The notes beneath the pieces were generated by a model. That model had not been told where the DNA came from and searched no databases. It saw only the letters and a list, made by a program, of their open reading frames with translations. From Bugula neritina (Eukaryota; Animalia; Bryozoa): a DNA stretch of 64,000 nucleotides. Both the position numbers and the translations under genes were made by a program. The stretch lies in the NCBI GenBank assembly GCA_964035545.1, contig OZ037767.1, forward strand, positions 11,666,581 through 11,730,580, in the 5' to 3' direction. Shown here piece by piece: positions 52,040 through 64,000 of this stretch (position 1 is its first letter; each line of letters begins with the position of its first letter).

Positions 52040-54100
52040 ACGCAGGAGTCTAGCGAGTGTTCACAAAGTTACAACTCTGATGGTATTGGCCGAGGATTGG
52101 GCGTGATGTGCGACTCCAAGTAAAACAGCAAGCATGGTCAGCACCCCAAGCAGCGCAGAGCGGCAACAGCTGTACGCTGGGCGGCCCTGGCAAGTGGTAG
52201 CTGTTGATCTGGTAGGCCTTATGCCTCTGACTCCCAAGAGCAACAACTGACTTTTGGTGCTCACAGACCACTTTATTCGGTAGGCCGGCGCTCTGAATAA
52301 TTCAGACGTGTTGGCTCCAACTGTGGTCAGGATCCGTGATTGAAATGTGTTTTCTTATCTAGGCCTCTCAGAACAGATACATTCGGACCAGGGTGCCCAG
52401 TTCCAGTCTCAGCTCATGAGTGACCTATGTCACCTCTGGGGAGTGAAGCAGAGCAGGACCACCCTGTATAACCCACAAGGTAATCACAGGATAGTTAAGG
52501 GCATCCTCACTAACAAAATATCATAAATTTCTCTCAAAATGTCGTTTAGGTTCTTGAATAATATTGCTGTGCGTGTTGCCTACTTGCAATTGTTTAGCCT
52601 AAGATCAAACTACAACCAATAAGCAGCAACCTTCATTAGGGCTGTGTTATCTATCAACATTCCATTATGGGTGCTACATAAACAAAGTACAAAGCATGAG
52701 CTATTCATTATAGCCTGCCAGCTAGCAAGCCTGTAATTAGCATGTAAGCGCCAATATCTTCTCATCTCTACGTGCTCATTGAAGCGTTAAGTGCTGCGTG
52801 CTGCTAATTACCCATGAAGAAATATGGCATTTTCAGTGTATAAATCACCAATTTGTGGGCAATCTAGAAGAGTTATTGGAAAATGAAAAAAAGCTACCCT
52901 GGAGAAATATCTCAGGATTCCAGCAGTGCAATTTTTATTCAGATATCATGCTTTGCTGCTGAGATATTTTACTGGTACTGAAAAGTCAGCTTTTCAGGCA
53001 AAATTAGCCAAAATTGGGCAGTTTTTTGTCTATAACTTTGCAAAAAAAATGAAGATTGAAATTTCCAAAAAAAAACCCTAGAGAAAAAGAAGATCTACAG
53101 CATAGTTCTTAAATTTTGACTCTGGCACAATTAGGTGAGATTTTATTTTACTGGTACTGAATTCTTATATGATTACAATGCAAACCTCAGCAAGGCAGTT
53201 GCAGCTAAAAGGGTTGCCCTTAACTATCCTGTGATGGAGTTGCCGAGCGCAACAACGTCATGCTGGGGGATGCACTCTAGAGCCTGCTCGTCGGCCGCGG
53301 CCAGGAAGAATGGGATACGGTGCTTCCACAGGTTATGCGAGCCTACCACAGTACGCCTCATACCAGTACGTTAAAATCTCCCAATTTCCTGTTGCTCGGT
53401 CAAAGAATCCGAGTTCCCGAACGCTTGACCTACCTTGTTCCTGACTTTGGAAATTCTGTACATGAGTATGTGAAGGAGTTGGTGGAACGAATGAGGGCGG
53501 CACACAACATACTTCACGAGAAGCAATAGCAGGTGCAGGAAAATGACTTCTTAAAAGCTTTCCCTTTATCAGGTGGGAGACTGGGTTTAACTAGCCAGAT
53601 ACCGTAGGCGCAGTGGGTTCCTACGTGGTAGTCGAGTCATACAAGATTGAGTGCTCAGGACAGGTGTCTATCCAGAATGACGCTCGCTTGAAGCCATATT
53701 GGGCTAGCCTCGATGCGGTAGGTGAAGCACCATTGTCGCTCAAGCCTAGGCGGCAGACAGCGTTGGGAGGCAGGGTGTGGCATGAACCCGAGTACGAGGT
53801 GGTTGTACTGTGGACCAAGGATCAGTTTATGGACACGCTGCCACCCCTCCGCCAGAGAAAAGGCCACCGCTTACAGAACCAGCCCTGACCTTGCTATCTC
53901 CGGAGCCCGAACCGAGCCAGTAGGTAGGGACCTCTTTATCCGAAATGGGTCCCAATCCCGTCAACGAGGCAGGAGCCACAATAGGCTTCCCCACCCCATC
54001 AGGTCCTTCCCCGGCACCGGAAAGACCGAGGGCGGAACGCCCGCAGATTCTGGAAAGAAATCAGCGCTCGCGGCAACCTCCTCATATCCACAAGATCTAC
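52040..54100 (+). pseudogene. Integrase remnant of element C, interrupted by a DNA transposon
   Basis: PWQVVAVDLVG..SDQGAQFQSQL..QGN|GVAERNN with stops and frameshifts. Confidence 0.85.
52485..53233. mobile_element. 749-bp non-autonomous CACAG-ended DNA transposon (CMC/EnSpm-like)
   Basis: Perfect 19-bp TIR CACAGGATAGTTAAGGGCA; 2-bp TSD AT; removing it restores the integrase QGNGVAER. Confidence 0.9.
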
Positions 54101-54769
54101 GAGATCTACAGGAGTCACTGCAGGGAGTTGTCATGGGCAGCGTGGGAGTTATGCGCCCAAAAAGGAAAGTGACTTTTGTAAGGGCAAAGCAGTGGGCGAA
54201 ATTTGTCCTCCAGCAGCACAGTGTCTGAGTCACATACAACTACCACCTTGCCCAGCCTTTTCATACGCAGCAGTAGTCAAGGCTAGTTGTGCGCTTTATG
54301 AAAGACAACACTTTACCTCAAAACTTTCCAGTATGCAATCAAATACTGAGTCTAGAGGTAAGTCACTCAGATCTAGTATTCCTAGTAATATAAAAACGGG
54401 TCTGCTGTCAGCTCAGTCTGATTCATCAACTAATTTAGTTGAGTTAGACTTGCTGGAGACTTTGGCAACGGTTAACGGCAACCAAAGCACAGTAATGACA
54501 AACGATCTTTTAGATCTAGACCTGGAATCTATGATTTTTAGTCAGTCTACACCGTTGCCAACTGTCTCATGAGTGCCATATAAAGGAGTCAGTGATTCTC
54601 ATACTGTTCAAAGTCGAGTTTCACATAAATTTTAGAGTGTAACGATCCATGTAGATCTAGCCCTGATTCTACTCTTTTAGATCTCACTCGACCTGCTATC
54701 ACGGGTACCCCAATATCACCCGAGATTTTTTGGGATGACAATCTCACTCTGGAGGAATCAATGTGTCTT

Positions 54770-55481
54770 TTGTCCCAGCCTCAAAAGGAGATATTACCGC
54801 CAGCGATGGCACCGGGTGGACCCATCGACTGACCGCAAGATGAGAGCTGCCTGAGAGGACTGGGACAACACATTCTGCAGGCTTTGCCAACGGATATTCA
54901 GCACTCCAGGGAACTTATGACGCCACGTACCCCAGCCTTTTACAGTGACCCCTTGTCTCTGTAGGGCGCGCCATTACTATTGCGCTTTTGTTACTTGTCA
55001 CCAGTGAGCCACAGGATGTTATGAGGGACACCTCTTGGTGTCAACAAACTTACATTCCCAGAGTTTTTCGTCGTTATCCGGCCACTGATCGACAATCCTG
55101 AAGAATTGTCCATCTTCTCTAGAGGATTTCCTTCACTTCAAGTCGTTACAGAGGGTCCAATCCAAAGCACCACTGATCCAAGAGAGCCGTAAAGTCAGCA
55201 TCTTCTTGTCAGCCCCATCTGGTATATCTCGTGTTGTTACGCCACGTGGAAGCGGACCCCACACCCGTCGAAACACCGACCCCCCAGGTCCCCCTCCCTT
55301 CCGCGGGAATCTAGGCCTGAGAAGACGCCAAGGAGACACACAGGAGATGAGGATGCTCAGAGATGCCGGATTCTCTAACCTTGGCCTCATCCGCGAGGCT
55401 GAGAGGCACATACGCAAACTACAAACAGAGCCTGGATACATATGCAGTAACCCTTCTGCAAATGCCCGTGACATTTCATAA
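54770..55481 (+). pseudogene. Decayed homologue of the zinc-finger ORF3 in element C
   Basis: Manual translation RWHRVDPSTDRKMRAA*EDWDNTFCRLCQRIFSTPGNL*RHVPQPFTVTPCLCRARHYYCAFVTCHQ*ATGCYEG../..FPEFFVVIRPLIDNPEELSIFSRGF aligns with element A ORF3. Confidence 0.75.
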
Positions 55482-56457
55482 CATTTGTATGTTGTTTTAG
55501 TTTCTTTCCATAATGTTTTATATCAAGTTTTTTTTCATAATATACCTTTTTCAATAATAACTACTTTATTCCAGTTTTTTGACTTGTACTGATACTTCAC
55601 TGTTTTTTTTTTTGTATTAGAAAGTTAGCTTTTTGCTGGAGGGGGGTGTAGTGGCTGTGAGAATTATACCCCTCAGCATCCTCACCTAAATAATTGTATT
55701 GTATTATAAGGTGCAAAAGTTCCAAAGGACTACAACTCCGTAGCGATGCCGCAACTCCATGTGGCACCGCATCACTCCATACGCCAATACCGCCGAAACC
55801 TTACATTAACCAATTAGAATCAACCTCTTGGATAAAAGTAACGCCTTCCGGTGCCCAGTCTCAGTCCAGATAACTATCAATTAACTATGTTACTTATGCA
55901 ATTGCTCTTAAGTTGCACCTTTTTTGCTATGTCTTATATGACCCTGTTTGTGTGTAATTATAATCTCAATACAGTTCCTTCTTTGAAACGTCAACTATTT
56001 CGGTTCTCTACATAACCTCAAAATGGACATGCAGTAACCATTGCTGCATACCATAACAACCCATTTAGTAGTGCATAAACTACAACAATAACTTGGTTGC
56101 TTTATCATTTTATTTGATCATTTTTATTTCAAAAGTAAAATATTTTGGCTTTATTTATTGATAAAGCTTTTAACAATATTTTTATATGCATAAAGCTATA
56201 ACCAGCCTTTAAACTGACTCAGGCACACAAATACAAAGCAATAAGTTACACAGTGATTAAGCCTACAATGCTAATATAAAGAGAAATAATGCTAACTGTA
56301 GTGGGAGTAGGCATACATCATTCTACCTCCCCCCCTCCCCCCCTCCCCCTCCGCCTGTCACATTGCAACAAAGCCAATCGTTGAGTGGTGGGTGACTGTT
56401 GCTGCAGTTCAGCTGAAGACTCACTGCAAATTCACTAGCTAGACTGTTCTCTTTTTA

Positions 56458-56800
56458 GCCTAGGGCCACACTGTGCGTATTTTCGCATGCGAAAATTAAA
56501 ATCACAAGTAGCAAAGGCGTCCACTGTAGCGTCAGTGATGCGTGATAAATAAAGCTTTCATTTTTAAATCGCACTCGCTTTCAATAAAACGCAATTTGCT
56601 GGAATATAGCACTAAATAAAGAAATTGGGCTCGCTGAATAACTACCAGCCAATTAGGTGACGACGACAGAGACGATTCGCACTTGCGTTGAAAATGCAGA
56701 GCGACAAGTGCAAACGTTTTCTCAACGCGCACAGTGGACACCTTTGCTACTTGTGATTTCAATTTTCGCATGCGAAAATACGCACCGTGTGGCCCTAGGC
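56458..56800. mobile_element. MITE (PIF/Harbinger-like), copy 2
   Basis: Same TIRs as 26922-27265; TTA/TTA TSD. Confidence 0.88.
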
Positions 56801-57133
56801 TTACACTGTGACACATGAGGCATACTTGTGTGTCCTGGATGACTGCACTTGCGAAATGGCGGGCTCTGCTGTGAGAAACACTATCCACAGTGAGACCAGA
56901 ACACGCGGACCAATAGGAATGAAGCTTCTTTTTATAAGCAGGATGATTTGCATAGACTGACACACTTGGTTAGCAGTGATGTTAGTGTATGGTTCTGCTA
57001 TATTGCTGTTCTTTATCCCTAAATATTTCTATTCCTTAGAATTTAGATGTGTAAATATAGTTTATTATCATACCAATTTTTCGCTCAACTCTCTATCTCT
57101 CGTTAAATACAAAAAGTCATGTTCCACCTTCCC

Positions 57134-58275
57134 GGGGACGGAGCAATATTCCGAAGGTGCATTGCTCCGAAAGTCCATTGTTCCGAAGGTGCATTAGTCC
57201 GAAGGTGCATTAGTCCGAAAATTAGGAGAATTAATATTAGAATTAAAATTATTTATTGAACGTTTAAAAAAGTTGCTCTGAGCAACAGGAAGATCTACAA
57301 CATGGTTTTTAAATTTTGTTTTAGGTGAGGTTTTTTTTGGCGGGTCTGAATTCTTATATACTAATAATGTTGCCCTTATTTACATATCTTGTGGAGTTGT
57401 TTGGTTTGGTGTATGGTGTGCAGCTTTGGTTATTTAATTTTAGAGTAGCGTCCAAGATATTATTATTTTTTGTCTTCAATGCTTGTATTTACTAATATTA
57501 AGAGTAATAGCATAGACTAATGCAGTTTAGCAGCTTACAGATAATTTTAGAGATTAAATGTGATATCAAATAATTAACTGGCAAGCCAGAAATTTACTAT
57601 TTCATTCAATACCAATAATTTTTTGACGCCAACTTCAGATGCAAACTATTTTTTATAAGCTATGAGGTAAACTTTTACCAAGCTTATCATAAATACAGTA
57701 TAGTAGACCCAAAATGTTTGCTTGGCTTTAATATCTTTTACTTTAGTTTTTCAGTTAATAGTTAACATATGAAGGGCCTATATAAGCTGACTGACTGTAG
57801 CTAGAATAGGATTGCAGTCACTATAGCTATTGAACTGGATATTTTGAGTTCATTGCCTATAGCTGTCATTTTTATACGAACTGCGAAATAAAAATACTAA
57901 TTAAATCACCCCTGGACAACACTTCATGCTTCAGTGAACACTCAGAGATGAGGAGATACTAATGTGTACATTACTAATTACAGGCTTGCTAGCCGACAGG
58001 CTAGTGAATAGCTTACTGTGTACTTAGTTTATAGAGCAGCCACAATGAAATGTTAATAGATGATGCAGCCCTTAACTGAGGCAGCATCATAGCGTAATCT
58101 CAGGCTAAAAAATTATCAGTAGGCCACACGCATGCCATCCACAGCTAGCAACAATATAGCAAGATTGCGAATGAAATTTATGATCTTCTCAGTGATATAC
58201 TAATTTTCAGACTAATGCACCTTCGGAATAATGGACCTTCGGAGCAATGCGCCTTCGGAATATTGACCAGTCACC
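57134..58275. mobile_element. TIR element with 15-bp subterminal tandem repeats, containing fragments of the CACAG-ended family
   Basis: (TCCGAAGGTGCATTA)n at the left end and its reverse complement at the right end; internal pieces resemble both ends of 52485-53233. Confidence 0.7.
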
Positions 58276-59096
58276 TAGCTTGCTTCCCACACATATACAC
58301 ACTATAATGGAAACCCGGCATGTCTATTACAGTGTGTAGACTCTTTGCCCACAACACAAGCTGGACAGTGACACTACTTTAGCATAGACTAGTTTTAATA
58401 GCTCATTTTTACTCTTATATTTCGTCTTTTTGTGATGTAGCTTTTCTTGGTATAGATTGTTGTTATCAATACTTATCAGATTATACTCTCAAGGGGATTA
58501 TCATCCCTCAGCACTTCTCTAGCTCTCTCGTATACAAAGAGTACATGTTCCAGCATCTCATAATTACCCACAGTGCAATCTATCAGCAGCATAAATTCAC
58601 AACAACACACTCGCTCATAGCAGTTAATTTCATAAAACTACAACACTAACTATGCCATTTTGAAGCAAAATGCATTACAATTGCTATAAATGTCAATGTG
58701 ATGCAAATAGGCATAGTATAACTAATTAATTTGGGTCATTTAATGACCATTTAATATTTTAAACTAGGGGTAAAAACTAGTGTTGTATTTCTGTGATTTC
58801 TTTGATAACAATGAAGCTGCAGAGTTTTCGCCTTTATACGGTGGGAAATCTTCCCACCCATTTTGGTCAAATTCAATCGAGCATTCAAGCTGGACACCCA
58901 AAGCCTAATTGGCCATCTAAGTCCTCTGATTCGTACAGTCAAAGAAAAATTGGGCATCAAGATCAGCAGGATTTCTGTTTCTCGCTAATTATAAGATCAT
59001 AAAAATAAAAGATATATGCAATATTTATAAGTGGCTACTAATACGGGTATGATAAAAATGGTAAAGAACAATATAGTAATTCCTAGATTTACTGCA

Positions 59097-59912
59097 CCCT
59101 CCCTCTATTGGAAAGTATCCCTTTCCAGTTCGCAAAAGCAAACGCAAAGAAAAAATATATAGTATTGATGCAAACAATAAAGAAAAAATAAAAAAGCCAG
59201 TGAGAACATAGCACAGTCAATAATAACCCTCTAATAAAAGAACAGAAAAATAGATTTATATAAAAAACACACACACACATAACGCACACACAATTTTAAA
59301 TTTACATATACATGAACACATAGCCATTGAATGGGCAACGCCCCTCAGTAGAGATTTGCCTGCATTGCCTGCTTTAGGTGTAGCAGGTGGCGTTGCAGTC
59401 TCTGCAGTATCTGGGAGCGGGCTGCTGTTGTAGTGTTGGCTCACTCTCAAGAGATGTCACCTGGTCTCCTCCTACCCGGGTGCCTTGCTACTAAAGATCT
59501 TCTCTTCTACGAGGTAGCAGCAGTATTCTGTACATACTTGGGGGTGCTTTCAGAGACGTCGGCTGCACTTAAAGTTGCATTTAGCCGTTCAACCGGCTAC
59601 TCAGTAAGTGTGGTGGCGCCTCATTCCAGCCTAAGGGCAGGTGTGTGTTTCACTCCATGTGAGGTGGCTTCGAGGGCCAAGATTCTAGGAGTATAGCGTG
59701 CTGGTGCTTAATTTGGTAAAAGAATTCAACAAGGCTTTTCAACCAACAGGCAGCCTGGCTGAATGGCTCTGCTCATTTGCATGGTCAGTTGGTAGCCCAT
59801 AAAATGTTCTCTCATACAGATGCGGCCGGAAGTGCTTGACCACCTTAATTACTGCTAGGAGTTCTTTCCCAGTAGCGTGATAATTTTTTTCAGTGGCCAA
59901 AAGAGCCTTGCT
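59097..59912 (-). mobile_element. Gypsy fragment E (RNase H piece, 3' region, PPT)
   Basis: Minus strand SKALLATEKNYHATGKELLAVIKVVKHFRPHLY; PPT AGAGGGAGGG followed by TG at 59096. Confidence 0.7.
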
Positions 59913-60236
59913 GTAGTTGTTTTGGCTAAGAGAGGTTTATTTGCAACGATTTTATTTTGATGAAAGGTCTTACCCTGTAAAGGTTTCAACATTGAAAATG
60001 AAATAATAAAAAATGCTAAAAACCAAAATTATTCAACATCACATAAAAATTAGGCATCAATCAGCAAATAAGTGTCTATGCTATATAGTAAATTAACTAC
60101 CGAGAGTGATCATAGCATTAAGTTGGACGATAATTAATGTCACCACTTACAATTTATATTACATTTAAAATTGGTCGCCTTTACCACTTGGGATTAAAAT
60201 TTACAAGAGTGTAAACATGTAATCTGGTTATGTCTT

Positions 60237-60373
<137 letters not shown>

Positions 60374-61301
60374 CATGCCAAATATTTACTACAAATTTCA
60401 AAAATAGCATAATTTAAGTAGTATTACCGTGTCTATATTACCGTGTCTATTTGCATCCAATTTACTAGTGTTACATTTATAGCAACTGTAACGAATTTTG
60501 TGTAAAATGGTTATTGCAAGCATTATTCAATTCATATTCACATTGTGATCACAGCGAAGCTTAAACTTTATAGCTTTGTATTTACGTGCATGAGTGAGTT
60601 TTAATTTTTATTTTAATTTTATGTGCACTAAAAATGTGTTTAAAAACTTTATCAATAAACGAAACTAAAAACAATGTACACATAAAATAGAAAAAAATAA
60701 AATAATAAAAGTGGCAAAATTTTTCCCTTATAACTTATATAAACTCGCGGTACCAATCTCGGCATAATGGCGCCTATACGATTCTGTAAGATTTCTTAAA
60801 GTCAACACTCCTAATATATACCACTCTGTTTTAGGCTAGAAATGTAGCGTAACAAGTTATGTTTTCGCGTAAATTTCAACCACATGGTCATTTTGCAGTT
60901 GTCAATGTCATAAAGTTCAGTAGTAACACTGACAGTAACTGTAGGTGTAACCGCCTAATAACTATTGCTATTACGTATTAGTATTGCTATTACTATTAGT
61001 ATTTCTAATAATTATAAGTATTAGTATGTAATTGTAAGACAATCACATTGAATAATTATCAACAATCACAATGACATCACTATCTGAGACTGAATCGTTC
61101 ATTGTGAAATGTAATGAACATAGTAGGCTAAAACTAAAAGTAAATCAAACTGTGATATAAGTTATAATAAATCTAATAGTTATATTAATATTTTATATTT
61201 TATTATTTAAAAGTATTAATATAAATTTATATAAAATTGAATATGGTGGTGCATATCAAATTCAAAATCAATTAGTATTACATAAGCATAACTGTTAGTA
61301 T

Positions 61302-64000
61302 TGTGACATTTTTGTGGGTTGAATAGAACTAGTGCCTGAACATACTCTTTGTTAGAGAGAACAAGATGTATTGTATAGTTGAAGAAATCTTTATTTAGTC
61401 GAATAATATATAATAGTGAAGGTCCTCTGCCAGTGAGCTCTAGTAGTAGACTGAACTACACTGGAGCTCGCTGGCTTTTATATACAACAAGAGATAGGGT
61501 TTTTCCTTTGTTGCCAAGATCGGAGGTCCGAAACGCCGAATTTCGGCATTTCGGCAGTCCGAAACACCGACTTTCAGCATTTCGGGGCTTTCGGTAGCCC
61601 GAAATGCCGACTATCGGTACTTTGGCATTTCGGAATGCCGATCTCGGGCAACAGGAAACAAGTACATGCAAAAATCTACTACACAATTACAGCATTAAAA
61701 TTGATACGCAACATTAGTACAAGAAATATTACATAACTTCGGAATGCGTATTTCAGTAAAATTACATTATGTTGAAAGCTTTAACAGTAATTACCATGTA
61801 CCAGTAATTACATGCAAAAATCTACTACACAATTACAGCATTAAAATTGATACGCAACATTAGTACAAGAAATATTACATAACTTCGGAATGCGTATTTC
61901 AGTAAAATTACATTATGTTGAAAGCTTTAACAGTAATTACCATACTTAGGCATTAGCAAGCTAGCTTACTTAACTATAATTACAGAATTAAGAACGATAC
62001 GCAACAGTATTTATAATATACTGTTGCACGCTGTTATTTCAAAACTAATAGAGGGTGAAAATCCATTACATTCTCCCCCCATCGAAAAGCATACCCTTTT
62101 CGATAACAGAGACAAGGTGTTTGTACAAACAGGTCAAATATGGGGTATCGCCACCTACCTTGGCAAACATTACCCGAAAGAGCTGGGTATCTGTTGTCCA
62201 GGTGACTGTGCTGGTCTGGGGGTTGTTGCTTTTGGAGAAGTCCTGTACTGCCAGGGCTATTCTGCAACTGAGACTCGGAGTTTTTACCCGTACTGGGTGT
62301 ACCACTCCTCTGAGGGGACATCTCCATGTGTCCCACGTGATAGTCCGCCAGATATCTGGGTGGTTTCCTATCTCTGACTTCTCCCTGAATGGGCAGGCAC
62401 TTGTAGTGTCAGTGGCTCTTCAGTTGCCAAAGTAAGGGGGTCCCTGCCTTCACCCGTAATACGGGTGGGGTGTCCTCTCCCGGGAGGGGTGGTGGCTCTA
62501 GGGCCTGCTGTTGCTGCCGCCGCTCCTGCCTTTGCTGCTGTCCAAGCTGTTCCAGCAGGGCGGCCTGTTCACGTGCTGCCTCTCTCTGAATGACAATTTC
62601 CACCTCTCTGGGTTGGGTGATTCTCCCTCGCTGGTTGGGCTGGCGATTGGGCTCCAAGAGGGGCGGGGCCTGACCCACCGCGTCCGGGCTGGCATGGTAC
62701 GGTTTCAGGCGCTGTTCGCTCTGGACCGAGACCTGTCCAGAGCGCTCCACACGGTACGTGTGATTGGGCAGCACCTCCACTACGCAGTAGGGACCGACGA
62801 ACTTGGGCTGAAGTTTAGCCGACTGTCCGCGTCGCCTACGGTAGCTCACCATCCGGACCCAGTCTCCCACCTGGTACAACGGGGGCTCCTCTGAGTCCTC
62901 TGTGCGGGTCTGCCACTGTTGGGTACGCAGTGCATCATGAGCTTTGCCCATGATGTCTATCAGACCCTCCACGTATTCGTGTACCGGTGACTCGGGGGCA
63001 GGAACATGGTATGTCAGGTGTTCCGGAACCCGCGTCTCTCGGCCTAGCATCAGGAAGTTTGGGGTGTCCTGCATGGCGGAGTGTGGTGTGCTGCGGTAAG
63101 CCCGCATGATTTGCGGCAGCACCACGTCCCATTCTTCCTGACCTCGACCAAGGAGCAGGCTCCTGAGGGCGTCACCCAACATCCTGTTGTTCCGCTCGAC
63201 GACTCCGTTCCCTTGCAGGTGATATGGGGTGGTCCGACTCTGGTTCACCCCCATATCCGGCAGAGGTTTGGTCTCCCATGAGCTGGGACTGGAACTGGGC
63301 ACCCTGGTCCGTATGTATCTGCTCGGGTAAACCGAGGTAACAGAACACATGTTGGTCCAGGGTCCGGGCCACCGTGGGGGCTGTTGCGTCTGGAATAGCC
63401 AGAGCATCTGCCCACCGGGTAAAGTGGTCCGTGAGCACCAGTATCCAAGTGTTCCCTCTGGCGGATAACGGCATAGGCCCGACGAGGTCTACCGCCACTA
63501 CTTGCCACGGTCGACCAGCGTATAACCGGCGTCGACCAGTGGTTTCCGTGGGGCGGCCATGCTTGCTAGCTTGGCAGACCTCGCATTGCCGTACCCGCAG
63601 TCGTATGTCCCGAGTCATTCCAGGCCAATACCAACGCAGCCGCAGACACCTGATGACCCGACTGACTCCAGAATGAGCCTGCTTATGGGTGTCCCAGATC
63701 AGTTCCCGTCGGAGGGCGCGTGGACAGACGACGCGGTCCCTCTCCTGCTGACGGTTGTCTGCTGCTAACGTTATCATCAGGAGGCCATCAGGACTGACCT
63801 TGAGGGCATCCCAGCGACGACAGAGGAGTTGGAACTCAACGTCTCCCTGCCGCTGCTGTTCCTCGCTAGGTCGTCGGCCCTCCTTCTTGGCCCGGAAAAT
63901 GTCCGCTACTGCGCCGGGTAGCGTCTCCTGGAGTCGGCACAGCTCCTCGACATTTTGGTACAGAGTGGGGTTGGCGTGGAGCGCCTGGACACCGTCCTGG
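61302..64000 (-). mobile_element. Gypsy element D, 3' part (integrase, PPT, 3' LTR about 61302-62070); continues beyond the window
   Basis: Integrase HKQAH..CEVC, DLVGP, TDQG, VERNN, with a frameshift near 63260-63290; PPT GGGGGGAGAA 62071-62080; LTR starts TGTAATGG. The far LTR end is either 61293 or 61302. Confidence 0.9.
61663..61943. repeat. Direct duplication (135 bp, period 146) within the U3 of element D LTR
   Basis: 61663-61797 is repeated at 61809-61943. Confidence 0.9.

Larger units (their letters stand above)
49684..56012 (+). mobile_element. Gypsy element C: decayed, RT/RNase H-deleted, non-matching LTRs (chimeric)
   Basis: 5' LTR 49684-50239, PBS TGGTGGCAGCAGTGGGAT 50241-50258, gag, protease, integrase remnants, ORF3 remnant, PPT GGAGGGGGG, 3' LTR 55647 to about 56012 with a different sequence; no TSD. 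Confidence 0.8.

Overview
Eukaryotic, AT-rich genomic DNA with GT-AG introns, most likely an invertebrate animal (taxon not determinable from the window). Host genes: (1) a manually reconstructed 35-exon + strand gene (1168..36070, about 1940 aa, all splice phases consistent) encoding a type I membrane mosaic protein: probable signal peptide, EB/EGF-like Cys modules, four SEA-like repeats, an IgGFc-binding domain, a mucin PTS stalk, a fifth SEA-like repeat, one TM helix and a long cytoplasmic tail; (2) a 2-exon secreted Cys-rich stanniocalcin-like gene nested antisense in its intron 24; (3) a single-coding-exon divergent rhodopsin-class GPCR. The rest is mostly transposable elements: five related Ty3/Gypsy copies, a BEL/Pao remnant, a Penelope-like remnant with a degenerate hammerhead ribozyme, CACAG-ended and Harbinger-like non-autonomous DNA transposons (one a 2.1-kb foldback), tRNA-derived SINEs, and many mini- and microsatellites. 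The best candidate for a new system is the Gypsy family. A young non-autonomous copy keeps Gag and protease and has lost RT, RNase H and the integrase core through in-frame deletions. It carries an extra tandem zinc-finger/coiled-coil ORF at the env position, and a decayed homologue of that ORF sits in a second, divergent copy. All five copies share a stem-loop with covarying outer pairs immediately 5' of the polypurine tract. All family assignments come from motif recognition by eye; no database search was run.
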